A stretch of 36,673 bases of DNA. Source: a virus. The position numbers and the translations under genes are program-made. Of this stretch, positions 28,371 to 35,054 are shown in pieces (position 1 is the stretch's first letter; each line of letters opens with the position of its first letter). The notes below the pieces were generated by a model. That model worked only from the letters and a program-made list of their open reading frames with translations. It was not told the DNA's origin and did no database searches. Location of the stretch: UHGV virus genome UHGV-0026823. One strand, written 5' to 3'.

Positions 28371-29164
28371 TTTATAAATTCCTGAGCAAATTTAGATTTA
28401 AAATAATGCAATGCGTCTTTATCTTTTTCAGATAGTGATTTTAAATAATCTTTTAATTCTTTTGGAGAGCTGAATTCATAAGGATTAAATGGTGTATAAT
28501 TCTCAAAGAAACTAGGTGGGTTGTCAATTATTGTTACAGCTTTACCAAAATGTTGCTCATATATATGTTGAGAACCTGCATTAATTGAGATGTCTCCTAA
28601 TTCAAGAGTTATACCTCGTTGTTTCAGGCATAACATTATATACCCAGTTAGCATTGTAAAATTAAATATATCATAAGGAAGTCCTAACCAAATGTCACTT
28701 GACCTCATGTTATCTATACAATAAATTCTTCCATTTCTAATAAACCATTGAACTGAAATTGTACAAGGAATATCTTTAGATTCTCGTGGATTAGGCCTCC
28801 AGATAGTCATAACAGCCTGTCTAGAGTCAGGATCTTTTTCAAGTGTATCAACAATATATCTAATTTGGTCTACAACTCTTGGACCATATGCACCATCAAA
28901 ATGAATACCATCATTTGAGAATGTTGAAATAGCTTTTGAGTAATTAGTTATTGTATCAACAGAGTTACGACCGTCCATAATCCACCATGCTTCACGAACC
29001 ATAAATCTATATCCTAATTTACGTTCAGCGATTGATAGAATTGGATAACGCATATCGACTGTAAAATGCTGATTTAATAATTCTTTAATTAAAAATCCAC
29101 GGGGTTCATGGATTTCACCAAATCGTAATAGTTCTCCTAATCTAGTATACCATTCTATATTCAA
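28361..29164 (-). CDS. Thymidylate synthase-family pyrimidine C5-transferase, 267 aa. It carries the dCMP-hydroxymethylase-type specificity residue, so it is predicted to be a deoxycytidylate hydroxymethylase or methylase rather than a dTMP synthase.
   Basis: Alignment to E. coli ThyA: REAWWIMDGRNS vs HELLWFLQGDTN, DPDSRQ vs DPDSRR, the catalytic Cys in IPCTISVQW vs APCHAFFQF, RSSDIWLGLPYD vs RSCDVFLGLPFN, and GSQHIY vs GDTHLY. The Asn177-equivalent position (LGLPFN) is Asp (LGLPYD). Confidence 0.75.
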   Translation of the reverse strand: MNIEWYTRLGELLRFGEIHEPRGFLIKELLNQHFTVDMRYPILSIAERKLGYRFMVREAWWIMDGRNSVDTITNYSKAISTFSNDGIHFDGAYGPRVVDQIRYIVDTLEKDPDSRQAVMTIWRPNPRESKDIPCTISVQWFIRNGRIYCIDNMRSSDIWLGLPYDIFNFTMLTGYIMLCLKQRGITLELGDISINAGSQHIYEQHFGKAVTIIDNPPSFFENYTPFNPYEFSSPKELKDYLKSLSEKDKDALHYFKSKFAQEFIKCG

Positions 29165-29848
29165 TTAAATTTCTCCTTTATCAATAGCTTCAACTGCAAA
29201 TGAAGCGTAATTAATTAAATCAAGTAATGTATCTCGGATACTTTCATTATTAGGTTTTTTAGTTTGTTGAGCTAGAGAATTTAATCTTTGGGTTTTTGTG
29301 TGTAACATTTGGGCATATGATAATAAACCAAATGGAAAATAGTTTGCTCGAGATTGGGGTTTATCAGAACCATTATTATAATCTTGAGATTTCTTTATAG
29401 CAATTTTAGTTACTTCTTTGAATACGTCTGGGATATTTTGAATTATTTCATATTCAGCAATAAAGCTTTCAGGGTGATCTAAAATTTGTTTAATCTTTTC
29501 TTCAGGACCAATCCAAGTAGATGGTTTAGTTGCATCTGTATCTGAACCACGACCTTTATTACCTTTATTCTTTTTTAGATTACATCTATAAACTTCATCA
29601 AATGCAAGCTCAAATTCTTTTTCAGAATATCCAAGTTCTTGAGCTCGACCTATTACAAAGAATATTAAATCAATAATAGCGTCTAGCATTCCAACTCGAT
29701 CTAAAGCATCATGAGCGTGCATAAACTCTGTTAATTCTTCGTTAACTACAGTTTTAAACCATTCACGACGTTCTTCATTTAAAAATGGAGTTGATTTAAG
29801 TTTAATTATTCTATCATTAAAATCTTTTACTTTTCTAAATTCAAACAT
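29165..29848 (-). CDS. MazG-like all-alpha nucleoside-triphosphate pyrophosphohydrolase, a candidate dCTPase or dUTPase, 227 aa.
   Basis: EELTEF ... DALDRVGMLDAIIDLIFF fits the MazG/HisE EExxE...D..D helix pattern. The stop abuts the start of the ThyA-family gene (29164/29165). Confidence 0.5.
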   Translation of the reverse strand: MFEFRKVKDFNDRIIKLKSTPFLNEERREWFKTVVNEELTEFMHAHDALDRVGMLDAIIDLIFFVIGRAQELGYSEKEFELAFDEVYRCNLKKNKGNKGRGSDTDATKPSTWIGPEEKIKQILDHPESFIAEYEIIQNIPDVFKEVTKIAIKKSQDYNNGSDKPQSRANYFPFGLLSYAQMLHTKTQRLNSLAQQTKKPNNESIRDTLLDLINYASFAVEAIDKGEI

Positions 29849-29851
29849 TAA

Positions 29852-30226
29852 TTACTCCCAAGGCATTTTATGTTCATCTGGTTTAGCTGCTGTTTTCTTT
29901 TTAGCTGGAGCCTTTTTAGCAGCCGGTTTAGTATCAAACATTTTATTCATAGCTGCTTTATATTCTTCAACTTCTTTTTCTGTTAGTTTTTCTATTACAG
30001 CTTCACCAGTAATAATTGGATTTCCTGCGTCTTTACGTTGGTATACAGGACCATGGATTCTTAAGTAATCACCCTTTTTAATATCTTCACCAGGTTTAGC
30101 AAAATTTAAAAAAGATAATCCATTTGATACAACATATCTTTTATCTTCGAATGTTGCTGTTACAAAGAAAACACCTTTAACTACAAGTGGATTAGGGTTT
30201 TTCTTAATTTGTTTTTGTTCTGACAT
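29852..30226 (-). CDS. Putative DNA-binding protein, possibly an OB-fold SSB-like protein, with a Lys/Ala/Pro-rich C-terminal tail (KPAAKKAPAKKKTAAKP), 124 aa.
   Basis: The composition and a beta-rich N-terminal core support this. It sits in the gp2.5-like genomic position relative to endonuclease I and lysozyme. The SD is strong (AAGGAGG). Confidence 0.3.
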   Translation of the reverse strand: MSEQKQIKKNPNPLVVKGVFFVTATFEDKRYVVSNGLSFLNFAKPGEDIKKGDYLRIHGPVYQRKDAGNPIITGEAVIEKLTEKEVEEYKAAMNKMFDTKPAAKKAPAKKKTAAKPDEHKMPWE

Positions 30227-30255
30227 AGGTTAGTTCCTCCTTTTATTTTTTGAAC

Positions 30256-30275
30256 ATATAAATATTATACCCAGA
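30256..30275 (-). promoter_or_regulatory. Sigma70-like promoter element, copy 2 (minus strand TCTGGGTATAATATTTATAT). It lies about 30 nt upstream of the SD of gene 29852-30226.
   Basis: TATAAT plus a downstream ATTTATAT block identical to the copy at 36321-36334. G at -14 is retained. Confidence 0.45.
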
Positions 30276-30297
30276 TTAATTATAAATATAACATAAA

Positions 30298-30786
30298 CTA
30301 TTCTTTTTCTTTACATTTCTTAATATACCAGTTAATTTTATTTCGAAAATAATCCTGAACTTGAATTGGAGTTAGCTCTGTTTTCCAAGGTAGATAAGTA
30401 ATGTCAACTTTACCTTGTTTAATATTATGAGCTAAATCAAATCCATAGTGAGTATAAACTTGAGTTACTGGAATTTTATATTTTATACACATTCGGGCTG
30501 TGAGTTGACACATTGTTTCAAATTGAATATTAGTTATTGGAAATCTAGAAATCTTATCTCGTAAATTAAAATTAAAATTACAACAAGCAGCTATTCCTAT
30601 TGAGCCAGTATTTCCTCGTAAAGTGTGAGCTGCATATTTTCCATCAGATACATCCTCATTATCTTCTGGTTTATATTTACCACAATAAATATGACCTAAA
30701 TTATCAATTAAATAATGATAAGCTTTTTTATCTGTGTTGTTTGGAATATAACTTCCGGCAGTATGATGTAATATTATTCGTTTCAT
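30298..30786 (-). CDS. N-acetylmuramoyl-L-alanine amidase, T7 lysozyme (gp3.5)-like and PGRP/Amidase_2 family, 162 aa.
   Basis: N-terminal ILHHTAG, the central AAHTLRGN..SIGIAACCNF block and the C-terminal YTHYGF pattern resemble the T7 lysozyme layout (HCSAT, GSHAKGYN..SIGVCLVG, AHHEVAPKACP). Confidence 0.7.
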   Translation of the reverse strand: MKRIILHHTAGSYIPNNTDKKAYHYLIDNLGHIYCGKYKPEDNEDVSDGKYAAHTLRGNTGSIGIAACCNFNFNLRDKISRFPITNIQFETMCQLTARMCIKYKIPVTQVYTHYGFDLAHNIKQGKVDITYLPWKTELTPIQVQDYFRNKINWYIKKCKEKE

Positions 30787-30787
30787 T

Positions 30788-30934
30788 TTAATCCTCTATT
30801 GGTCTATGATATGGGCATTCAGTTACTTTAGCAGAATCTTCATAGCATTTTCGCAATCTACAATAACATAGTGAATCTTCTAATGCTATTATTTTTGTAA
30901 AAATACATTTATTACAACATCTTTGTTTTTCCAT
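30788..30934 (-). CDS. Cys-rich mini-protein, 48 aa (MEKQRCCNKCIFTKIIALEDSLCYCRLRKCYEDSAKVTECPYHRPIED). It was missed by the ORF cutoff.
   Basis: It fills the gap exactly. The upstream stop and this start are spaced TAAAATG. Its own stop is followed by the amidase start (TAAAATG), and its 3' end supplies the AGAGGA SD for the amidase. Confidence 0.45.
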   Translation of the reverse strand: MEKQRCCNKCIFTKIIALEDSLCYCRLRKCYEDSAKVTECPYHRPIED

Positions 30935-30935
30935 T

Positions 30936-31184
30936 TTAATTTATTCCTATATAAAAGATACCATCACGGACTCTATTTGATTCAAATATTATTTTATTAA
31001 GTTTTGGGAATTTTAGAATTCCAGTACAAATATAATGTGAATCAGTTAATTCATATAAATAATGAAGGAATTCAAGATATAAATTTTTACTAATATAAAT
31101 TCTGCAATCTTTTAATTCTAAAAGTTTACGAAATGTTAAATATAAATCCTTTTTAGTGCTATATTTGAATTGTAAATATTTCAT
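30936..31184 (-). CDS. Hypothetical early protein, 82 aa.
   Basis: ORF only. Confidence 0.4.
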   Translation of the reverse strand: MKYLQFKYSTKKDLYLTFRKLLELKDCRIYISKNLYLEFLHYLYELTDSHYICTGILKFPKLNKIIFESNRVRDGIFYIGIN

Positions 31185-31768
31185 TTTAGTAGATTCTTAT
31201 AATAATTAAATTCAATAATTTTCATTCTTTCAATTCTAGAGTTAGTGCTTGGATGAGTTGTTGTAGTTGTATTCATTTTACTTGGAGCAGTTAATCTAGT
31301 TAAAGCTTGAGGAAGATTATTTGGAGTGCTTGTGATTAAACAATATCTTGTTGCAAACTCATCTGCTGCAAATTCTTGGGAATTTCTAAATTTAATTAAT
31401 TCTTTTTGATCGAGATTCCAAAACTTTAAAAATTTATCCTGTTGTTTATAATGTTTAAGTACTCGGTGACCAACTTCATGAAGAGCTACAGCACGAACTT
31501 CTTCATAAGATAAATAATCAGTTAATCCAGTTGTTAATATAATTTCACCTTGATATGTAGTATATCCTTGAGGAATATATGATACTGGAAATTTAACAAC
31601 ACATGAATCTTTTAAGCTAGTACAGATTGATTCTGCTTCTTGTTTTATTTTGAGTTGCTCATCAATAGTAATTGCATTACAAGTTAAAGGAATCATCAGA
31701 ATTAATAATATTATTAATAAATTTTTTCTTATCAACTTTTTCCTCCAAGATTGAGTTAAATAGTTCAA
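31181..31768 (-). CDS. Secreted zinc metallopeptidase of the M48/M56-like (HtpX/Ste24-type) zincin group with an N-terminal signal peptide, 195 aa.
   Basis: The signal peptide MNYLTQSWRKKLIRKNLLIILLILMIPLTCNA has a basic n-region, a hydrophobic core and a CNA cleavage motif. HEVGH is the HExxH motif. The downstream NSQEFAADEFA matches the M48 third-ligand E-F-x-A-D motif. Confidence 0.6.
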   Translation of the reverse strand: MNYLTQSWRKKLIRKNLLIILLILMIPLTCNAITIDEQLKIKQEAESICTSLKDSCVVKFPVSYIPQGYTTYQGEIILTTGLTDYLSYEEVRAVALHEVGHRVLKHYKQQDKFLKFWNLDQKELIKFRNSQEFAADEFATRYCLITSTPNNLPQALTRLTAPSKMNTTTTTHPSTNSRIERMKIIEFNYYKNLLK

Positions 31769-32267
31769 TTATATCCTCATTTTCAAGATTAGATAATAAG
31801 TTATTTGTAAATCTAAAATGAATTGGAATTTTACTTGATTCTACGAGATTATAATAACTCTTCCAAATGGTGCCATTCTTTACGTAGAAATCTTTTGGTC
31901 TTGAGAATAGTGATATTAATTTTAGCAATAATATTAAATTTTCGTTTGCGTTGTCGCATAATTCTAATATTAATCCAGTGTAATTTCCATGCGTTCCTTC
32001 AATATCAAGGCTTGGAACTAATAATTTCATATCCCTATAAAATCGACCACGTTCTTTTCTATTTCTAAATCGATCGTCGACACGTATATAAAGATATAAT
32101 CTTTTAAAGCGTCTACGTAAATAAAATCTTAACGTTGTATGTTTTAAAATTGTTTTTTTAGTTATTGTTAATGCTACTCTTTGAGAAAAGTTTTGAGCCA
32201 TTGATATTTTATTTAAGATAACGTTTATAAAGTTATTCGGGTCTTTTCTTTTTACATTTGCAGTCAT
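31677..32267 (-). CDS. Hypothetical Arg-rich basic protein, 196 aa. Its 3' end overlaps the protease gene by 92 nt in another frame.
   Basis: ORF. The overlap is unusually long, so one of the two boundaries may be wrong. Confidence 0.35.
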   Translation of the reverse strand: MTANVKRKDPNNFINVILNKISMAQNFSQRVALTITKKTILKHTTLRFYLRRRFKRLYLYIRVDDRFRNRKERGRFYRDMKLLVPSLDIEGTHGNYTGLILELCDNANENLILLLKLISLFSRPKDFYVKNGTIWKSYYNLVESSKIPIHFRFTNNLLSNLENEDIIELFNSILEEKVDKKKFINNIINSDDSFNL

Positions 32268-32583
32268 TTTTAATTACTATTCCTGTATTCATATCAGTTA
32301 TATGCATAAGAGCTCGAGCTCTGTTACGAAGGAATTCAATTTGCCCTTCATTGGCTGGTCGATTATTATAATAATAAACTAGATTATTATTCTGGATTCT
32401 TCGTTCACATCCACAAGTAACTCCAGAATGTAACATAAATCTAACCATTGTTGGTTTATCATAGAATTTATAGATATGATTTTCTATTTCATAAAGACAA
32501 TCATTGTTTTTAAACAGGCGCATATTAAAGTTATCAATTAGTTTGATTTTATTTATTTGAAATTTAATCTTTTTTACTTTCAT
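32233..32583 (-). CDS. Hypothetical early protein, 116 aa.
   Basis: ORF only. Confidence 0.4.
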   Translation of the reverse strand: MKVKKIKFQINKIKLIDNFNMRLFKNNDCLYEIENHIYKFYDKPTMVRFMLHSGVTCGCERRIQNNNLVYYYNNRPANEGQIEFLRNRARALMHITDMNTGIVIKNDCKCKKKRPE

Positions 32584-32951
32584 TATTTATCGCAATATCC
32601 TAATATTATATTAAATGCATCATATTTTAAGCTATGTACGTCTTCTAATATTCCTGGAAGCATTGAGTCTACAATTTCATCAACTGTATAATTTCCAAGA
32701 TTAATATTATAATGCTGAACAGCATATCTAATTCCTGCTTTTACTGCTGTAGTTGCTAAAGCCCGTTCAACTTCAATAACTTCAGGTTTACTCATTAAAT
32801 CAAGTCTTAATTTGCAATAATTCCGCAATCCTTGAATAAAATATCGACGAACTTTATTAATATCAAAAGTATATTTAGGATTTACATCATAGAGAAATGT
32901 TTGAGCCGTTGCAAGATTAGATATATATCGTTTTAATCTTTTTATATTCAT
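32583..32951 (-). CDS. Hypothetical early protein, 122 aa.
   Basis: ORF only. Confidence 0.4.
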   Translation of the reverse strand: MNIKRLKRYISNLATAQTFLYDVNPKYTFDINKVRRYFIQGLRNYCKLRLDLMSKPEVIEVERALATTAVKAGIRYAVQHYNINLGNYTVDEIVDSMLPGILEDVHSLKYDAFNIILGYCDK

Positions 32952-32953
32952 AA

Positions 32954-33445
32954 TTATTCACCTCTCAAATAATTCTTCAATCGTTCTTCTCCAATTTCTT
33001 GAATTGCTACAAGTAAAAAGTTCTCATCTAGGCAATAAACTGTACCTTGAGTTTTACTCCCACAAACTGAATATGTTTTAATGCCCCAAGAATTATGATA
33101 GCTAATATACCGCTTGAATTGATTTTCGTCATCCCAATCAATTTTTTTGCCTTTATTTAACCTTTTAGCAATATCTTCAAGTTGACGTCTCACTAAAATC
33201 TTTTCTGCTTCTGCTTCAGCTTGCTCACGAGTGCGAAATACATTATAGAGATTAAACATATCATTGTTATAACAAGTGTCAAACCATTCGTCAGTTGTAG
33301 CTTCCTCATATCTGTTTAATGCATAGTACTTTTCACCTTCTTTGGGTTTCCATCTCTTGTACTCGCATTCTTCCAACATCTTTTTCAAATTGGAAAGATG
33401 TTCTTCTGTTTTGTTGATTTCTTCTAATATTTTTTGTTTATTCAT
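32954..33445 (-). CDS. Hypothetical early protein, 163 aa.
   Basis: ORF only. Confidence 0.45.
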   Translation of the reverse strand: MNKQKILEEINKTEEHLSNLKKMLEECEYKRWKPKEGEKYYALNRYEEATTDEWFDTCYNNDMFNLYNVFRTREQAEAEAEKILVRRQLEDIAKRLNKGKKIDWDDENQFKRYISYHNSWGIKTYSVCGSKTQGTVYCLDENFLLVAIQEIGEERLKNYLRGE

Positions 33446-33615
33446 TTATTATCCTTTAAAATTTTATTTATTCTACTATAAAGGCAACTGTCATAAATAT
33501 CACAATCAGAATTACAAACGGTACATTTACAGTCTAGAATTTCTATTTTAATTAAATCAAGTTTGTTTTGTAGTTTAGATACTAATGCAGTTAATCTATT
33601 TATTTCATTTTGCAT
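33442..33615 (-). CDS. Cys-rich mini-protein, 57 aa (MQNEINRLTALVSKLQNKLDLIKIEILDCKCTVCNSDCDIYDSCLYSRINKILKDNK). It has an N-terminal coiled-coil-like segment.
   Basis: It fills the gap. Its stop overlaps the next start (ATGA). Confidence 0.45.
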   Translation of the reverse strand: MQNEINRLTALVSKLQNKLDLIKIEILDCKCTVCNSDCDIYDSCLYSRINKILKDNK

Positions 33616-33618
33616 AAT

Positions 33619-33912
33619 TTATCCTTTAATTGATTGGAGTACTTGAGATAAGATATCACGAGCAGTTGCAAGGACAACTGATTTAACCTTTGTTAGATGT
33701 TTGATTTCTTCTTCTGGTGCTTTAACAAGAGTAAATAAATGTTTAATCATTTTTAATTTACTTAAATCTAAAGTTATTGTTAATTCTGTTAAAGTAATTG
33801 GTTTTTCAGTTACTTCATATTTTAAGTCAAGTTCTTTCATTCGCTCATCTAATTTCTTAAGAGCTTCTTCTTTGGTGTCTTCTGTTACAATTAATTTTCC
33901 GTCAATTTTCAT
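33619..33912 (-). CDS. Hypothetical early protein, 97 aa.
   Basis: ORF only. Confidence 0.4.
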   Translation of the reverse strand: MKIDGKLIVTEDTKEEALKKLDERMKELDLKYEVTEKPITLTELTITLDLSKLKMIKHLFTLVKAPEEEIKHLTKVKSVVLATARDILSQVLQSIKG

Positions 33913-33914
33913 AG

Positions 33915-34133
33915 TTAAATAATCCTTTCTAATTCTAAATCTGATAAATAATAAGAATAAACTTTTGAGGCTTTTCGTTCTCGTAGTCTTGTGTTCATCT
34001 TTTTAATTTTATTTTGAATTTCTTCGGCTGTGTCAGGGTCTACAAAAGATTGTCGAGAAAATTCACCTGTTTTTCTATCTCGAATTGTTAAAACACCTTT
34101 TGAGTATCCTGTTAAATATCTTTTCATTGACAT
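33915..34133 (-). CDS. Hypothetical early protein, 72 aa, with the start moved to the ATG (MSMKRYL...). The ORF track uses an upstream TTG.
   Basis: A GGAGG SD lies 7 nt upstream of the ATG at 34133. Confidence 0.45.
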   Translation of the reverse strand: MSMKRYLTGYSKGVLTIRDRKTGEFSRQSFVDPDTAEEIQNKIKKMNTRLRERKASKVYSYYLSDLELERII

Positions 34134-34230
34134 AATCAATCCTCCAAATTAAATTAAATTAAAGTTAAAGTAAATATTATCCCGAATGTTATAAATAATA
34201 ACATTGCTATTTCTATAATTGAATTAGTTA

Positions 34231-34380
34231 GTTCCATATATTTACATCCTTATGACCATCATCAAAAGCATATTCAAAATCCATTATTTCTAAATTATTG
34301 TCAGACATATATTTAAGTAATTCAGCTTCATATTCAATTGATTCAAGTTTATTTGTTTTTTTGTTGTAATATGTAATCAT
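34231..34380 (-). CDS. Small early protein, 49 aa (MITYYNKKTNKLESIEYEAELLKYMSDNNLEIMDFEYAFDDGHKDVNIWN).
   Basis: An AAGGA SD lies 11 nt upstream. The ORF is below the 60-aa cutoff. Confidence 0.4.
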
Positions 34381-34400
34381 AATTATTAATCCTTTGTTTT

Positions 34401-34433
34401 AAAGAAAAGACGGATTTGCATAGTTTCATCCGT
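34401..34433 (-). terminator. Candidate intrinsic terminator: a 6-bp stem (ACGGAU/AUCCGU) with a 12-nt loop, followed by CUUUUCUUU on the minus-strand transcript.
   Basis: The inverted repeat is at 34410-34415 and 34428-34433. The plus-strand A-tract is at 34401-34409. The stem is modest. Confidence 0.35.
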
Positions 34434-34547
34434 TTGTGTAGTATTGTTAAGGAGTAGTTAAGAGGTAAGAAAACATGAGATTCATAACAACTATGCTCTG
34501 ATATCTTGATTGGGGATTGATTATGAGAAAACTTTTATTTAATCCCG

Positions 34548-34568
34548 ATATTTATATTATACCACAAT
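34548..34568 (-). promoter_or_regulatory. Sigma70-like extended -10 promoter element, copy 3 (minus strand AAATTGTGGTATAATATAAATAT).
   Basis: It is identical to the left-end copy over TTGTGGTATAATATAAATAT. Confidence 0.45.
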
Positions 34569-34601
34569 TTAAGGTATTTTAAACATAATTTTAACTTTTG
34601 T

Positions 34602-34820
34602 TTACAAATTGTAACATCTTTCAAGCATAAACAATAAATCTAATCGTTCACAAACTTCTTCACAAAAATAAGATAGGTCAACATTATCATAAAATCCAAT
34701 GTAAGCACAATTATCTTCGTCGCAATATTGATAAAAGCAATCTGTTTCATCAATTAAATCCATAATATATTGATAATTTAATGTTTCATTATCAAGTTGC
34801 ATCATTTGAATATTACTCAT
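34602..34820 (-). CDS. Acidic Cys-rich small protein, 72 aa.
   Basis: ORF with a CxxC-like spacing (CFYQYCDEDNC ... CEEVC). Confidence 0.4.
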   Translation of the reverse strand: MSNIQMMQLDNETLNYQYIMDLIDETDCFYQYCDEDNCAYIGFYDNVDLSYFCEEVCERLDLLFMLERCYNL

Positions 34821-34822
34821 AA

Positions 34823-35053
34823 TTATACCTCAATTTTAATATATTTTTCATTAATAGCTTCATTAATGCAATTTGTAGCCAAAATATTTTTGTCTACATA
34901 ACATAGTATTCTTTTATTAAATATATTTGTTAGTGCTTCAATTGCTGCATAAAGTCCATAAAATGTTTCAAGTGTCCCGTCATCATAATCAAAATAAAAT
35001 TTGTCTTTATCATTGTCATAAGTAATTTTAAGTTTCATAATCAAATCCTCCAT
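34823..35053 (-). CDS. Hypothetical early protein, 76 aa.
   Basis: ORF only. Confidence 0.4.
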   Translation of the reverse strand: MEDLIMKLKITYDNDKDKFYFDYDDGTLETFYGLYAAIEALTNIFNKRILCYVDKNILATNCINEAINEKYIKIEV

Positions 35054-35054
35054 A

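Noticed and set aside
29852-30226. Annotating ORF 29852-30226 firmly as a T7 gp2.5-type SSB.
   Set aside because: Only position and a vaguely OB-like composition support it. The C-terminus is Lys/Ala/Pro-rich and ends in PWE, not the acidic aromatic tail of gp2.5 or SSB. It is kept at low confidence.
7265-33922. Other plus-strand ORFs: 7265-7447, 8542-8754, 17971-18168, 19013-19195, 20041-20241, 22683-22883, 30600-30791, 31823-32068, 33342-33551 and 33701-33922.
   Set aside because: All are antisense to convincing minus-strand genes and are Ile/Leu/Phe/Asn-rich, as expected for AT-rich antisense. None has an RBS or a conserved motif.
33915-34139. The TTG-initiated start (MIMSM...) of ORF 33915-34139.
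   Set aside because: An in-frame ATG at 34133 has a GGAGG SD 7 nt upstream. The TTG start has no SD.
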